Notes under the pieces: model-generated | Told to the model about the DNA's origin: nothing | Database searches by the model: none | The model's input: the letters and a program-made list of their open reading frames with translations, nothing else | Shown here: positions 46,438-55,418 of the stretch, one piece after another | Numbering within the stretch: the first letter of the stretch is position 1 | Layout: each line of letters opens with the position of its first letter | Made by a program: the position numbers and the translations under genes | NCBI GenBank assembly: GCA_964627095.1 | Contig: CAZVKH010000002.1 | Coordinates: forward strand, 23,001 to 87,000 | Direction: 5' to 3' | Source: an uncultured Candidatus Saccharibacteria bacterium | Lineage (GTDB): Bacteria; Patescibacteriota; Saccharimonadia; Saccharimonadales; JAUPVS01 | DNA length: 64,000 nucleotides

Positions 46438-47151
46438 ATGGCCGACGTTATTACTGCAAAGAATATTGTTAAAACCTATGGCAAAGGCGAGAGCGCTTTT
46501 TCGGCCCTTAAAGGAGTTGATTTAACAATCGGTGAAGGCGAAGTCGTAGCTGTTATTGGCAAGAGCGGCTCCGGCAAGTCTACTTTAATGCACCTACTAG
46601 CCCTACTCGACACGCCCACTAGCGGCAGTATCAGCGTTAATGGCGCCAATGCGTCGCAGATGAACCGCAAAAAAGTCGACCGGCTGCGTAACGACGAATT
46701 TGGTTTTGTTTTTCAGCAATTCTTTTTAAACGGTGACGAATCGGTTCTTAGTAACGTCATTTTGCCACTCAAGATTGCTGGCATTACACCGCGCGAACGC
46801 AAGCGCCGTGGCCTCGAAGTTCTAAAAGCAGTCGAGCTCGAAGACAAGGCCAATAGTAAAGCGGCTAATTTAAGTGGTGGTCAAAAACAGCGTGTCTGTA
46901 TTGCTCGAGCGCTAATTAATGATCCAAAAGTTATTTTTGCCGATGAACCAACCGGTAACCTCGACAGTCAAACTGGTAGCAAAATCGAGGCGCTACTATT
47001 TTCTTTAAATAAGAAGAAGGGTATCACGCTGATTTTTGTCACCCACGACCCCGACCTAGCCAAACGTTGCCAACGCGAGGTTCATATTAAAGACGGCAAA
47101 ATTGTTAGCGTCACCGTCAATAAAGCTGCTGGCAAGCGAGGTAGCAAATAA
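46438..47151 (+). CDS. ABC transporter ATP-binding protein (MacB/LolD/FtsE-like)
   Basis: Walker A GKSGSGKST, signature LSGGQKQR, Walker B IFADEPTGNLD. The TTG at 46426 lies immediately upstream of the SD (gaggagg), so the ATG at 46438 is used. Confidence 0.9.
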   Translation: MADVITAKNIVKTYGKGESAFSALKGVDLTIGEGEVVAVIGKSGSGKSTLMHLLALLDTPTSGSISVNGANASQMNRKKVDRLRNDEFGFVFQQFFLNGDESVLSNVILPLKIAGITPRERKRRGLEVLKAVELEDKANSKAANLSGGQKQRVCIARALINDPKVIFADEPTGNLDSQTGSKIEALLFSLNKKKGITLIFVTHDPDLAKRCQREVHIKDGKIVSVTVNKAAGKRGSK

Positions 47152-48440
47152 TGAAATACCGCGACATCATCCGTACCGCCAACAGTAACCTGCGCAAAAG
47201 TAAGCTACGCACCTTTCTTACTATAGGTGCTGTTTTTATGGGCGCCTTAACTTTGATGCTAACCACCGGTGTCGGGCAGGGGCTTAAAACCTATGTTGAT
47301 GAACAAGTCTCGGCCGTTGGCGCCAAAGACGCTTTGATAATTAGTGTCAAGACCGAAGGCGGTGGCCCGGTTAGTAACGACAATCCTAAAGAATACGACC
47401 CCAGCAAAAAACAGGCCTCGGCCGACTTTACTAATCCGCCGATGTTAAGTTCCGAAGATGTCGCCAAAATTCAGAACACTAAAGGTATCAAGAGTGTGCA
47501 ACTCTTCTACCCGGTGGCCGCCGAGTACATAACGCGCCCCGGGCAGGGTAAGTTCCTGATTACCGCTACCCAAGCCGTCAACGGTTTGAACCAGCCTCTA
47601 AGTGCCGGCCAGCTGGTAGATAACAGCAGCCCAACCAACCAAATCACGCTTCCTCCCGGTTTTGTTAGTAAGTTAGGTTTTTCCAATGACCAAGACGCCG
47701 TCAATAAAAAAGTTGCGATGGCGTTTAAAGACAGCCAAGGCCAAATTTTTGAAATCCCAGTTACCGTGGTTGGCGTCCAAGAAAAGACGCTTATCCAGGG
47801 TAATGCCGCCAACGTTAACGACGCCACCATGTTAGCCGCCTTTAACAAGGCAACGGCTGGTGTGCCCGACTTCCAGCGTAATCAGTACGCCTATGTGGTC
47901 GGCAAATTCGACGTTAACATGAGCGAAACCGACCTTAAGGCACTCAAAGATCGTTTAGCCGAACAAGGCTACAGCGCCTCGACTTTAGAAGACCAGCTGG
48001 GCATTATCACCAGTGTCATTAATGGAATAACCACATTCTTAAATGTTTTCGCCGGTATTGCTCTGGCCGCCGCCAGCTTTGGCATCGTTAATACCTTGTT
48101 TATGTCGGTTCAAGAACGCACCCGCGAGATTGGCCTAATGAAAGCCCTCGGCATGGGTCGCCGCAAAATATTTGCGCTGTTTAGTTTAGAGGCCATTCTG
48201 ATTGGTTTCTGGGGCGCCCTAATTGCGCTCGGCGCCGCCAATATTATTGGCCGGATTGGCAGCAAGGTTGCCGCCAATACTTTGTTCAAAGACTTCGAAG
48301 GTTTGGAACTGTTTTCTTTCCCAACCCGCGCGATGATTCCTATCATTATCCTGATTATCGTTATCGCCTTTTTGGCCGGTGCCTTGCCAGCCCGCCGCGC
48401 CAGCCGCAAAGATCCAATCGAAGCTCTGCGCTATGAGTAA
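47151..48440 (+). CDS. ABC transporter permease, FtsX/MacB-type
   Basis: N-terminal TM, large periplasmic domain, C-terminal FtsX-like 3-TM bundle (ERTREIGLMKALG). Confidence 0.85.
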   Translation: MKYRDIIRTANSNLRKSKLRTFLTIGAVFMGALTLMLTTGVGQGLKTYVDEQVSAVGAKDALIISVKTEGGGPVSNDNPKEYDPSKKQASADFTNPPMLSSEDVAKIQNTKGIKSVQLFYPVAAEYITRPGQGKFLITATQAVNGLNQPLSAGQLVDNSSPTNQITLPPGFVSKLGFSNDQDAVNKKVAMAFKDSQGQIFEIPVTVVGVQEKTLIQGNAANVNDATMLAAFNKATAGVPDFQRNQYAYVVGKFDVNMSETDLKALKDRLAEQGYSASTLEDQLGIITSVINGITTFLNVFAGIALAAASFGIVNTLFMSVQERTREIGLMKALGMGRRKIFALFSLEAILIGFWGALIALGAANIIGRIGSKVAANTLFKDFEGLELFSFPTRAMIPIIILIIVIAFLAGALPARRASRKDPIEALRYE

Positions 48441-50238
48441 ACGCCGGTTCGGCCTATTTGCTTTACTGGCCATTCTGGTTAGTTTGCTGCTGCCCTTAAG
48501 TGTGCCGCGCGCTCAGGCCAGCACCCAAGACTTTGAGGTTGAATCATTCACAGCCGACTACTACTTAGAACGGCGCGCCGATGGCGTGCCCACCATGAAG
48601 GTTAAGGAAATGATTGTTGTCGTCTTCCCGGAATTCGACCAGAACCACGGCATCTTGCGTGCCATACCCAAAACCTATAAGGACCAGCCCCTCGACCTAA
48701 AAGTTACTGGCGTCACCAGCCAGTGGGGCAACGCCTGGCCCTACACCACCAGTACCAGTAACGGTAACCTGGTGTTAAAAATCGGCAGCGCCAGCCGTTA
48801 CGTGCGCTCCATTCAGGTGTATAACATAAGTTACGAGCTCAAGAACCCAATTAGTTTTTTTGACGATCACGATGAACTATATTGGAACGTCAATGGTACC
48901 GACTGGCAGCAGCCCTTTGGTGACGTAACGGCCCGGATCCATGTACCGGCTAGCCTTGGCAGCTCCTTAAAAGACGAGCAACTTTGCTACACCGGGCTGC
49001 GTGGCAGTACCGCCCAAAACTGCACCATAACGCGAACGCCCGAAGCCGGTGGCACTCTGGTGACTGTTAATGCCAACAACCTCGGCGGCGGCCAGAATAT
49101 GTCGTTTGTACTGGGCTTTAATCAAGGTACATTTAAGCCCGACCTAGCCGCCCAGCGTCTAGCCGTTCTGCGTAACGTCATCTTAATTATGCTAGTGGCT
49201 GGTCCAATTATTTTGAGTGCCTTCTACATATACATTCGTTGGAATCGAATCGGTCGTGACGCTAAAGGTCGGGGCACGATAGTTCCACAGTATGTGCCAC
49301 CCAAGGGCTTGAACAGCCTAACCAGCGAGGTTATTTTGCAGGAGCGACTGAGTCAAAAGGCGGTATCGGCCATGATGATTGAGCTAGCCGTGCACAAGGT
49401 ACTAATTATCCGTGAAATTACCATCAAAAAACTTGGCCGCGACAAAACCGACTACGAGCTAGAACTGCGCAAGCCATTAAGTAGCCTGGCGGCTAGTGAG
49501 CAGGCGGCCGCAAAACTGTTCTTTACAGCCGGCACGGTTGGCGAAAAAGTTGCCTTGGCCGATCTTAAAACCAAGCTGTCTAGCAAATACACCAGTTTGG
49601 CTAGATCTATTCCGGCCGACCTAACAAACGCTGGCTACTTTACTAATAACCCGGTTAAAGTTACCGGTCGTTACTATGGTGCTGGCAGTGGTTTACTGGG
49701 TGCCGGCTTCTTTATAAGTTTGCTACTAACCCAAGTCTCGATATTTTTCCTAACGCTTGGAATTGGCCTGGCCGTCGGTGGCTTCTTGTTTTTGATTTTT
49801 GCCAAGGCCATGTCGGCGCGCACACCAAAAGGCGTTGAAGCGTTCGAATACCTAGAAGGTCTAAAAATGTACATGAAACTAGCCGAAGCCGACCGCTTGC
49901 GTTACTTGCAAAGCCCCGAGGGCGTCCGCCAGTGGGGTGATCCGTCCAAGCCAGTCAACCAGCTCAAGCTTTTCGAAAAGCTGCTGCCCTATGCCATGAT
50001 CTTTGGCATCGAAAAAGGCTGGGCCAAACAGTTCGAAGACCTCTATACCGAAGCGCCCAGTTGGTACCAGGGCAGCTCGCGACCGTTTACCACTGGCTAC
50101 TTGATTGGTTCTTTGGGTTCATTCAACTCGGCCAGCACGGCCGCCTTTACAGCGCCTTCCAGCTCTGGTTCAAGCGGCTTCGGTGGCGGTGGCTTCTCTG
50201 GTGGCGGCGGTGGCGGTGGCGGCGGTGGTGGCTGGTAG
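48433..50238 (+). CDS. DUF2207-like membrane protein with C-terminal poly-Gly tail
   Basis: Signal peptide, large ectodomain, TM cluster, tail SSSGSSGFGGGGFSGGGGGGGGGGGW typical of DUF2207. Confidence 0.7.
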   Translation: MSKRRFGLFALLAILVSLLLPLSVPRAQASTQDFEVESFTADYYLERRADGVPTMKVKEMIVVVFPEFDQNHGILRAIPKTYKDQPLDLKVTGVTSQWGNAWPYTTSTSNGNLVLKIGSASRYVRSIQVYNISYELKNPISFFDDHDELYWNVNGTDWQQPFGDVTARIHVPASLGSSLKDEQLCYTGLRGSTAQNCTITRTPEAGGTLVTVNANNLGGGQNMSFVLGFNQGTFKPDLAAQRLAVLRNVILIMLVAGPIILSAFYIYIRWNRIGRDAKGRGTIVPQYVPPKGLNSLTSEVILQERLSQKAVSAMMIELAVHKVLIIREITIKKLGRDKTDYELELRKPLSSLAASEQAAAKLFFTAGTVGEKVALADLKTKLSSKYTSLARSIPADLTNAGYFTNNPVKVTGRYYGAGSGLLGAGFFISLLLTQVSIFFLTLGIGLAVGGFLFLIFAKAMSARTPKGVEAFEYLEGLKMYMKLAEADRLRYLQSPEGVRQWGDPSKPVNQLKLFEKLLPYAMIFGIEKGWAKQFEDLYTEAPSWYQGSSRPFTTGYLIGSLGSFNSASTAAFTAPSSSGSSGFGGGGFSGGGGGGGGGGGW

Positions 50239-50265
50239 GAGATGACTTTTCGTTTCGCACATTTC

Positions 50266-50458
50266 TGAACACTTTGTGAACATGGGGTGTCCCACACAGT
50301 CGTAAATAGGTCCTCCGCAAAAATAGGCTAATTATTAAAAGATTTAATTAACTTAGTTAATAACAATCTTAACTAACTTAATTATGTTTCTTAATATTCA
50401 TGTCAAATATGTGGAGCACCCTAACCGCACTCGTGGAAACCCATTCGTATTTTGTTCA
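50266..50458. repeat. MITE-like foldback unit, copy B (inverted relative to copy A; outer arm decayed)
   Basis: 50308-50460 is the exact reverse complement of 24926-25078. TIR acccattcgtattttgttca at 50439-50458; the opposite arm at 50266-50288 retains only tgaaca...tggggt. Confidence 0.8.
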
Positions 50459-50505
50459 GCGTTTAATCCACTATCTGCCTACGGCACTCGCCAACATTAA
50501 CACCG

Positions 50506-50514
50506 TGCTACAAT
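50506..50514 (+). promoter_or_regulatory. extended -10 (TGcTACAAT) upstream of ATG 50529
   Basis: tgctacaat, 14 nt, ATG; no SD. Confidence 0.4.
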
Positions 50515-50528
50515 AACCATAACCAGTT

Positions 50529-51080
50529 ATGCAGAATCAAATCAAAATCCTCCAACAAAATGCTGAGCGGCTAACCCGGATAAACCTCGGACTCACAGCC
50601 GTGTTCGCCGTCTTTATAATTGCCAGTGACGCCTGGAACTTGGTTACCAGGGAACTTACTTCGCAGCGTTGGATGATGTGCGGCGCCCTTCTCGCTATAG
50701 CCGCCGCCGTCTGGTACTTGAGTCGCTACAACAGTAAGAACCCAGCCTATTACAAAGTCCTAATTGTGGGCACAATTTTGGCACAGGTTGCCCTGGCCAG
50801 TTTTGTGGTGTTTAGTGAGCGGGGCATGGCCAGTCGTGGTGTGGCCTTGTACGCTCTGCCGATTGTTAGTTCCTTGGCATTGCTCAGCCGCAGTGCTGTC
50901 TTTGCGACTGCAACTGTTTGTACGGCCGCTTACGTGGTAACCGCCACCCAGTACTTCTACATCCACTTCAACGAGGGCTATAAAGCCGAGTTGTACGGCA
51001 CGCTTTTTCTGTACTCGGCCATGTTCTACATAATTGCCTTTATATTGTCGGTTGTCATGCGGCCTAAAAAGTCACTATAA
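50529..51080 (+). CDS. multi-pass membrane protein, unknown function
   Basis: Five or six hydrophobic helices. Confidence 0.5.
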   Translation: MQNQIKILQQNAERLTRINLGLTAVFAVFIIASDAWNLVTRELTSQRWMMCGALLAIAAAVWYLSRYNSKNPAYYKVLIVGTILAQVALASFVVFSERGMASRGVALYALPIVSSLALLSRSAVFATATVCTAAYVVTATQYFYIHFNEGYKAELYGTLFLYSAMFYIIAFILSVVMRPKKSL

Positions 51081-51090
51081 TAGTAAACAG

Positions 51091-52860
51091 ATGAAATCTA
51101 TCTGGAGAATTATTAGCTATACCAAGCAACTGTGGCCTTATTACCTGACGGTTAGTGGCATTTCTATTTTGGTGGCCGTGGTTGGTTTACTGGTGCCAAT
51201 GCTTAGCGGTCGGGCGATTGACGCCATTCAAACCAATGCTCAAGGCGAGGTCGCCAAGGTGGTCTGGTTGGCTATTGGTATCTTTGCCTTAGATGTCGCC
51301 AGCACCTTTCTTAGTAACATTGGTGGCTACTACGGTGACCAAATGGCCGTCCGGCTGCAACGCATCTTAAGTCACAACTACTACGAGCATTTGCTAGCCT
51401 TGCCACAAGATTACTTTGATACCGAACTATCGGGCAAAATTATTAACCGCCTCAATCGTTCCATCACCCAGATCACTGGCTTTATGCAGATGTGGAGCAA
51501 TAACTTTTTGCAGTTTATCTTTAGCACCATTTTTGCGCTGGGGATTATTGCCTACTACAGCTGGCCAATCGCCTTACTGCTGTTTTCGCTTTACCCGATC
51601 TACATATATATGACAGTCAAAACTAGCGGTAAGTGGCAGAAATATCAGGCTAAGATTAACCTTAACACCGATATTGCCAGTGGCCGTTTTGCCGAATCAA
51701 TTGGCCAGATTAAGGTGGTCAAAAGTTTTATTCAAGAAAAGCGCGAGCTCAGCTTTTTTGGTAAGTATTACGACACGATTGTAAAAACTGTTCAGCCCCA
51801 GTCCCACCTGTGGCACAAACGCGACATTCAGCGCCGGCTAGTCTTGAACGTCATCTTCTTGGGGGTTTACCTGTTGATCTTTGTGCAGGCTGTTAATGGT
51901 CACTTTAGTACCGGCCAAGCCGTGGCTTTAATTTTGTACGCCATGCAAATCCGCATCCCAATCTTTACTATTAGCTTCTTAGTCGAAAATACCCAGCGCG
52001 CCGTGGCTGATAGTAAAGACTACTTCGAAGTCATGAACCTCGAGCCACAAATTAGCGACAACCCGGGTGCTAAAACCATGAAGGTAACCAAGGGCGCGAT
52101 TGAGTTTGATCACGTGTCGTTTTCTTACGGCGACAAAAAAGTCATCAAAGATATTTCTTTCAAGATTGAACCAGACAGCAAGGTGGCTCTAGTGGGCGAG
52201 AGTGGCGAAGGTAAGACTACCCTAACCAACCTATTGCTGCGCCTGTATGAACCGCAGGAAGGTTCGATCTTTATTGACTCGCAAGATGTTAACGGTGTTA
52301 GCCAACAAAGCTTGCGTCGCAATATTGGTGTGGTTTTTCAGGATCCGGCCTTATTTAGCGGCACTATTTTTGAAAACATCGCCTATGCTAATTCTAAAGC
52401 TACCATGAAAGACGTGGTGGCGGCTGCCAAGGCCGCTAATGCTGATGAATTTGTTAGCAAGCTCGAAAAGGGTTATGACACCGAAATCGGCGAACGTGGT
52501 CTTAAGCTTAGCGGTGGCCAAAAGCAACGGATTGCGATTGCCCGGGCCTTGCTTAAAGACGCCCCAATATTGGTTTTGGACGAAGCCACCAGTAGTCTAG
52601 ACAGCAAGAGCGAGCACATGGTGCAAGACGCCTTGCAACACCTAATGAAGGGCCGCACCACTATAATCATTGCGCACCGCCTTAGTACCATTCAGAATGT
52701 CGACCAGATCATAACCCTGCAAAACGGTACCGTAGCCGAAATCGGCTCACCGCAAAAACTGGCAAAAAGCGGTGGTATATACGACCAACTACTCAAACTA
52801 CAGCAAGGCAAAACCGACGCGACTAAGAAGAAGCTAAAGGCTTACGAGCTGAATGGGTAA
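51091..52860 (+). CDS. ABC exporter, fused permease/ATPase (MsbA/MdlB-like)
   Basis: 6-TM domain then Walker A GESGEGKTT, LSGGQKQRIAIAR, Walker B ILVLDEATS; start set to ATG 51091. Confidence 0.9.
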   Translation: MKSIWRIISYTKQLWPYYLTVSGISILVAVVGLLVPMLSGRAIDAIQTNAQGEVAKVVWLAIGIFALDVASTFLSNIGGYYGDQMAVRLQRILSHNYYEHLLALPQDYFDTELSGKIINRLNRSITQITGFMQMWSNNFLQFIFSTIFALGIIAYYSWPIALLLFSLYPIYIYMTVKTSGKWQKYQAKINLNTDIASGRFAESIGQIKVVKSFIQEKRELSFFGKYYDTIVKTVQPQSHLWHKRDIQRRLVLNVIFLGVYLLIFVQAVNGHFSTGQAVALILYAMQIRIPIFTISFLVENTQRAVADSKDYFEVMNLEPQISDNPGAKTMKVTKGAIEFDHVSFSYGDKKVIKDISFKIEPDSKVALVGESGEGKTTLTNLLLRLYEPQEGSIFIDSQDVNGVSQQSLRRNIGVVFQDPALFSGTIFENIAYANSKATMKDVVAAAKAANADEFVSKLEKGYDTEIGERGLKLSGGQKQRIAIARALLKDAPILVLDEATSSLDSKSEHMVQDALQHLMKGRTTIIIAHRLSTIQNVDQIITLQNGTVAEIGSPQKLAKSGGIYDQLLKLQQGKTDATKKKLKAYELNG

Positions 52861-52863
52861 ACT

Positions 52864-53358
52864 ATGAGAAAAGCCGCTCGCGCCATTGTGGTGCACAACC
52901 AAAACATTCTACTAATGAAGCGTAACAAGTTCGGCAGCATCTATTACTGCCTGCCTGGTGGCGGCATTGATGTTGGTGAAACGGCCGACGCCGCCGCGGT
53001 GCGCGAAATCAAGGAAGAAACCAACCTAACTGTGGTGAGCCCCCAGCTGGTATATATAGAAGACGCCGGTGTCCCTTATGGCATCCAGTACATCTTTGCC
53101 TGCCAGTACCAGGATGGCGACATGAAGCTACAGCCCGACAGCATCGAGGCCAAACTTAATGAAATGGGTAAGAATTTATTTGAACCGCTGTGGGTGCCGG
53201 TTAGCAAGTTTGCTAGCTTGCCGTTTCGTTCTAAGGTGTTGCAGCAAGAAATACTACAGGCCCTGCGCGATGGTTTCCCGAAAGAGCCAAAACAGATTCA
53301 ATCCCAGGCCGAAATCAGCTATACTGATGTGAACAATAAAGAGGAGGAAGAAGACTAG
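52864..53358 (+). CDS. NUDIX hydrolase
   Basis: NUDIX box GGGIDVGETADAAAVREIKEETNL. Confidence 0.8.
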   Translation: MRKAARAIVVHNQNILLMKRNKFGSIYYCLPGGGIDVGETADAAAVREIKEETNLTVVSPQLVYIEDAGVPYGIQYIFACQYQDGDMKLQPDSIEAKLNEMGKNLFEPLWVPVSKFASLPFRSKVLQQEILQALRDGFPKEPKQIQSQAEISYTDVNNKEEEED

Positions 53359-53871
53359 ATGGCAGCTAAGAAATCGCAACGAATCGGTGCTCTGATCGCC
53401 GCCCTATTCTTTTTAGTCGCCTCGCTAGCTACTAGCGTAGCCGTTATATGGACCATGACTCAAGAAAGTAATAATAAGAAGGATACCGAAAAAGTGGACA
53501 CTACATCACAAAGCAGCAACCAGAAATTAGCCAACTTTACACCCAGCAGCGACCCTGTTACCGAGCTAAAAGTCACTGACACCAAGGTTGGTGATGGCGC
53601 CGAAGCCAAGGCTGACTCTACCGTGAGCGTCACCTATACCGGCGCTTTGGTAAAAGATGGTAGCGTGTTCGATTCTAGCAGCGAGCCAATTAGTCTGGCC
53701 CTAAACCAGGTCATTAAAGGCTGGCAAGAAGGCATCCCTGGCATGAAGGTGGGCGGTACGCGCCGTTTAATTATCCCGGCTAATCTGGCCTACGGTGATC
53801 AGTCGCCAACACCGGCTATTCCAGCCAATTCGGCACTAGTCTTTGACGTTACCCTGACTGCTGTTCAGTAG
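53359..53871 (+). CDS. FKBP-type peptidyl-prolyl cis-trans isomerase, membrane-anchored
   Basis: VSVTYTGALVKDGSVFDSS...VIKGWQEGIPGMKVGGTRRLIIPANLAYG...LVFDVTL. Confidence 0.85.
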   Translation: MAAKKSQRIGALIAALFFLVASLATSVAVIWTMTQESNNKKDTEKVDTTSQSSNQKLANFTPSSDPVTELKVTDTKVGDGAEAKADSTVSVTYTGALVKDGSVFDSSSEPISLALNQVIKGWQEGIPGMKVGGTRRLIIPANLAYGDQSPTPAIPANSALVFDVTLTAVQ

Positions 53872-54033
53872 CCACCCCTAGAGCCCTTAAAAAGTAAAAA
53901 AACACAACATATAGCGGTATTGCTTTTATCATAAGCACCATATATACTTTTCTTGTAATAGCTTAATAACTAAAAATTAAAGCAAAAACACCATAAAAAA
54001 GTTCTAACAAAAGAGGGGAAATAGGGGATTAAA

Positions 54034-54282
54034 ATGGCTAAAGACATCACTATCTTTACTACTAACACTTGCGGCTACTGCGGCATGGTTAAGCGCTACT
54101 TGCAGTCCAAGGGCATGACATACCAAGAAGTTAACCTGGACACCAACCCAGAGCGCCAAAAAGAAGCTTTGGAGTTGAGCGGTGCTTTAACTGTTCCTGT
54201 TACCGTTGTCACTAAAGACGACGATAGTCGGGAAGTGGTGGTTGGGTTCAACCTAGCCAAACTAGCACCAGCGGTAGCGTAA
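54034..54282 (+). CDS. glutaredoxin-like protein (NrdH/YruB-like)
   Basis: 82 aa, redox motif CGYC near the N-terminus, thioredoxin-fold pattern TVPV. Confidence 0.75.
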   Translation: MAKDITIFTTNTCGYCGMVKRYLQSKGMTYQEVNLDTNPERQKEALELSGALTVPVTVVTKDDDSREVVVGFNLAKLAPAVA

Positions 54283-54438
54283 GTTCCTTTTGGTCAGCGC
54301 ACTGCTGCGTCTGTAACTCCATGCTTCACTTGCCGTATGTGAATACGGCTCGTTCCAGTATTCGTTACATCCTTGCATTGCATCTGCCGAAAAGAAACTT
54401 CATAATGGGATATAGAAATTTAGAGAGAGGAATTGTCG

Positions 54439-55416
54439 ATGTCGGAAGAAAAGCCTAAAGTGAACCAAGTTGTTATGATCGGGGCTGGTCCGGCGGCATT
54501 GACGGCGGCGGTCTATACGACGCGCGAAGATATTCAGACACTGTTGTTTGAAAAAGGTGTGATTGGGGGCTTGGCCGCTATTACTGATTGGGTCGACAAC
54601 TATCCGGGCTTTGCCAAGGGTATTGCTGGTTTAGAGCTAGCCGAGGCCTTGCGCTTGCAGGCCGAACGCTTTGGTGCCCAAATTGAATTAGGCGAAGTAA
54701 TGAGCTTAAAGCGCGACGGCGACGTTATTAAGCTCGATACCACTAGTGGTGACATCTTGGCCGAAACAGTCTTAATTGCTACCGGCAGTGACTACAATAA
54801 AATCAACGTGCCCGGCGAAAAAGAGTTTTATGCCCGTGGTGTGCATTATTGCGCAACCTGCGACGGTGCCTTTTATCGCGACAAGCGGCTGGTGGTAGTC
54901 GGCGGCGGCAACTCGGCCGTTCAGGAAGCCATCTTTTTAACCCGTTTCGCTACCAAGATCGACTTGTTGGTGCGTAGCAAGATGCGCGCCTCGGATGTTC
55001 TACAAAAAGAACTCGAAAAGCACAAAGACAAAATTACCGTGCACCTGGGTACTACCACTGACGAAATCGTTGGTGAAGACGGCAAGGTTACCAAGGTTGT
55101 CGGTACCGACACGGCCACCGGTAAAAAGGTTGCATTTGCTACCGACGGAGTCTTTATATTCGTCGGCCTTCTACCTAATACTCAATTCTTAAAAGACAGC
55201 GAAGTTGAGCTCGACGAAGTCGGCCTCATTAAAACTAATACCAGCCTAGAAACCACCATGCCCGGCGTATTTGCAGCTGGCGACGTGCGCAGTGGCGCTA
55301 CAATGCAGATTGCCAGCGCAGTTGGCGAAGGCGCCACGGCTGCTTTAATGATCCGAAAACATATAGAAGATAAGCATCAAACCCACGAGATGCACGCCGT
55401 CCCAGCCACAGCCTAG
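54439..55416 (+). CDS. trxB: thioredoxin-disulfide reductase
   Basis: FAD motif GAGPAALTAAVY, redox CATCDG, NADPH motif GGGNSAVQEA. Confidence 0.9.
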   Translation: MSEEKPKVNQVVMIGAGPAALTAAVYTTREDIQTLLFEKGVIGGLAAITDWVDNYPGFAKGIAGLELAEALRLQAERFGAQIELGEVMSLKRDGDVIKLDTTSGDILAETVLIATGSDYNKINVPGEKEFYARGVHYCATCDGAFYRDKRLVVVGGGNSAVQEAIFLTRFATKIDLLVRSKMRASDVLQKELEKHKDKITVHLGTTTDEIVGEDGKVTKVVGTDTATGKKVAFATDGVFIFVGLLPNTQFLKDSEVELDEVGLIKTNTSLETTMPGVFAAGDVRSGATMQIASAVGEGATAALMIRKHIEDKHQTHEMHAVPATA

Positions 55417-55418
55417 CT

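Noticed and set aside
48379-48432. Upstream extensions of several ORFs in the track (48379, 51034, 30271, 32869, 57941, 58188, 61177, 43108, 46426, 12846, 16369, 45906, 6718, 24934)
   Set aside because: Internal ATG codons give canonical family N-termini, remove overlaps with neighbours, or are preceded by an SD or -10 element. In two cases the upstream TTG belongs to a regulatory element or adjoins one: the -35 TTGACA at 43108, and at 46426 the TTG directly precedes the SD gaggagg.
50160-50238. GGT/GGC-rich tandem-looking DNA (ggtggcggtggcttctctggtggcggcggtggcggtggcggcggtggtggc)
   Set aside because: It is in frame within the DUF2207-like gene and encodes its characteristic poly-Gly tail. 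It is not a CRISPR array, microsatellite locus or independent repeat element.
24926-50460. Interpreting the inverted-repeat-bracketed 25 kb as a composite transposon or genomic island
   Set aside because: No transposase or integrase lies inside. The segment carries essential genes (pheS, pheT) and mostly host-like composition. Only recombination-mediated inversion or a regulatory role seems plausible.
50384-50500. Mini-ORF inside the repeat (MFLNIHVKYVEHPNRTRGNPFVFCSA..., 30 aa at copy A and 38 aa at copy B)
   Set aside because: No SD or promoter-proximal start is present, and the C-termini differ because the ORF runs out of the repeat. Most likely fortuitous.
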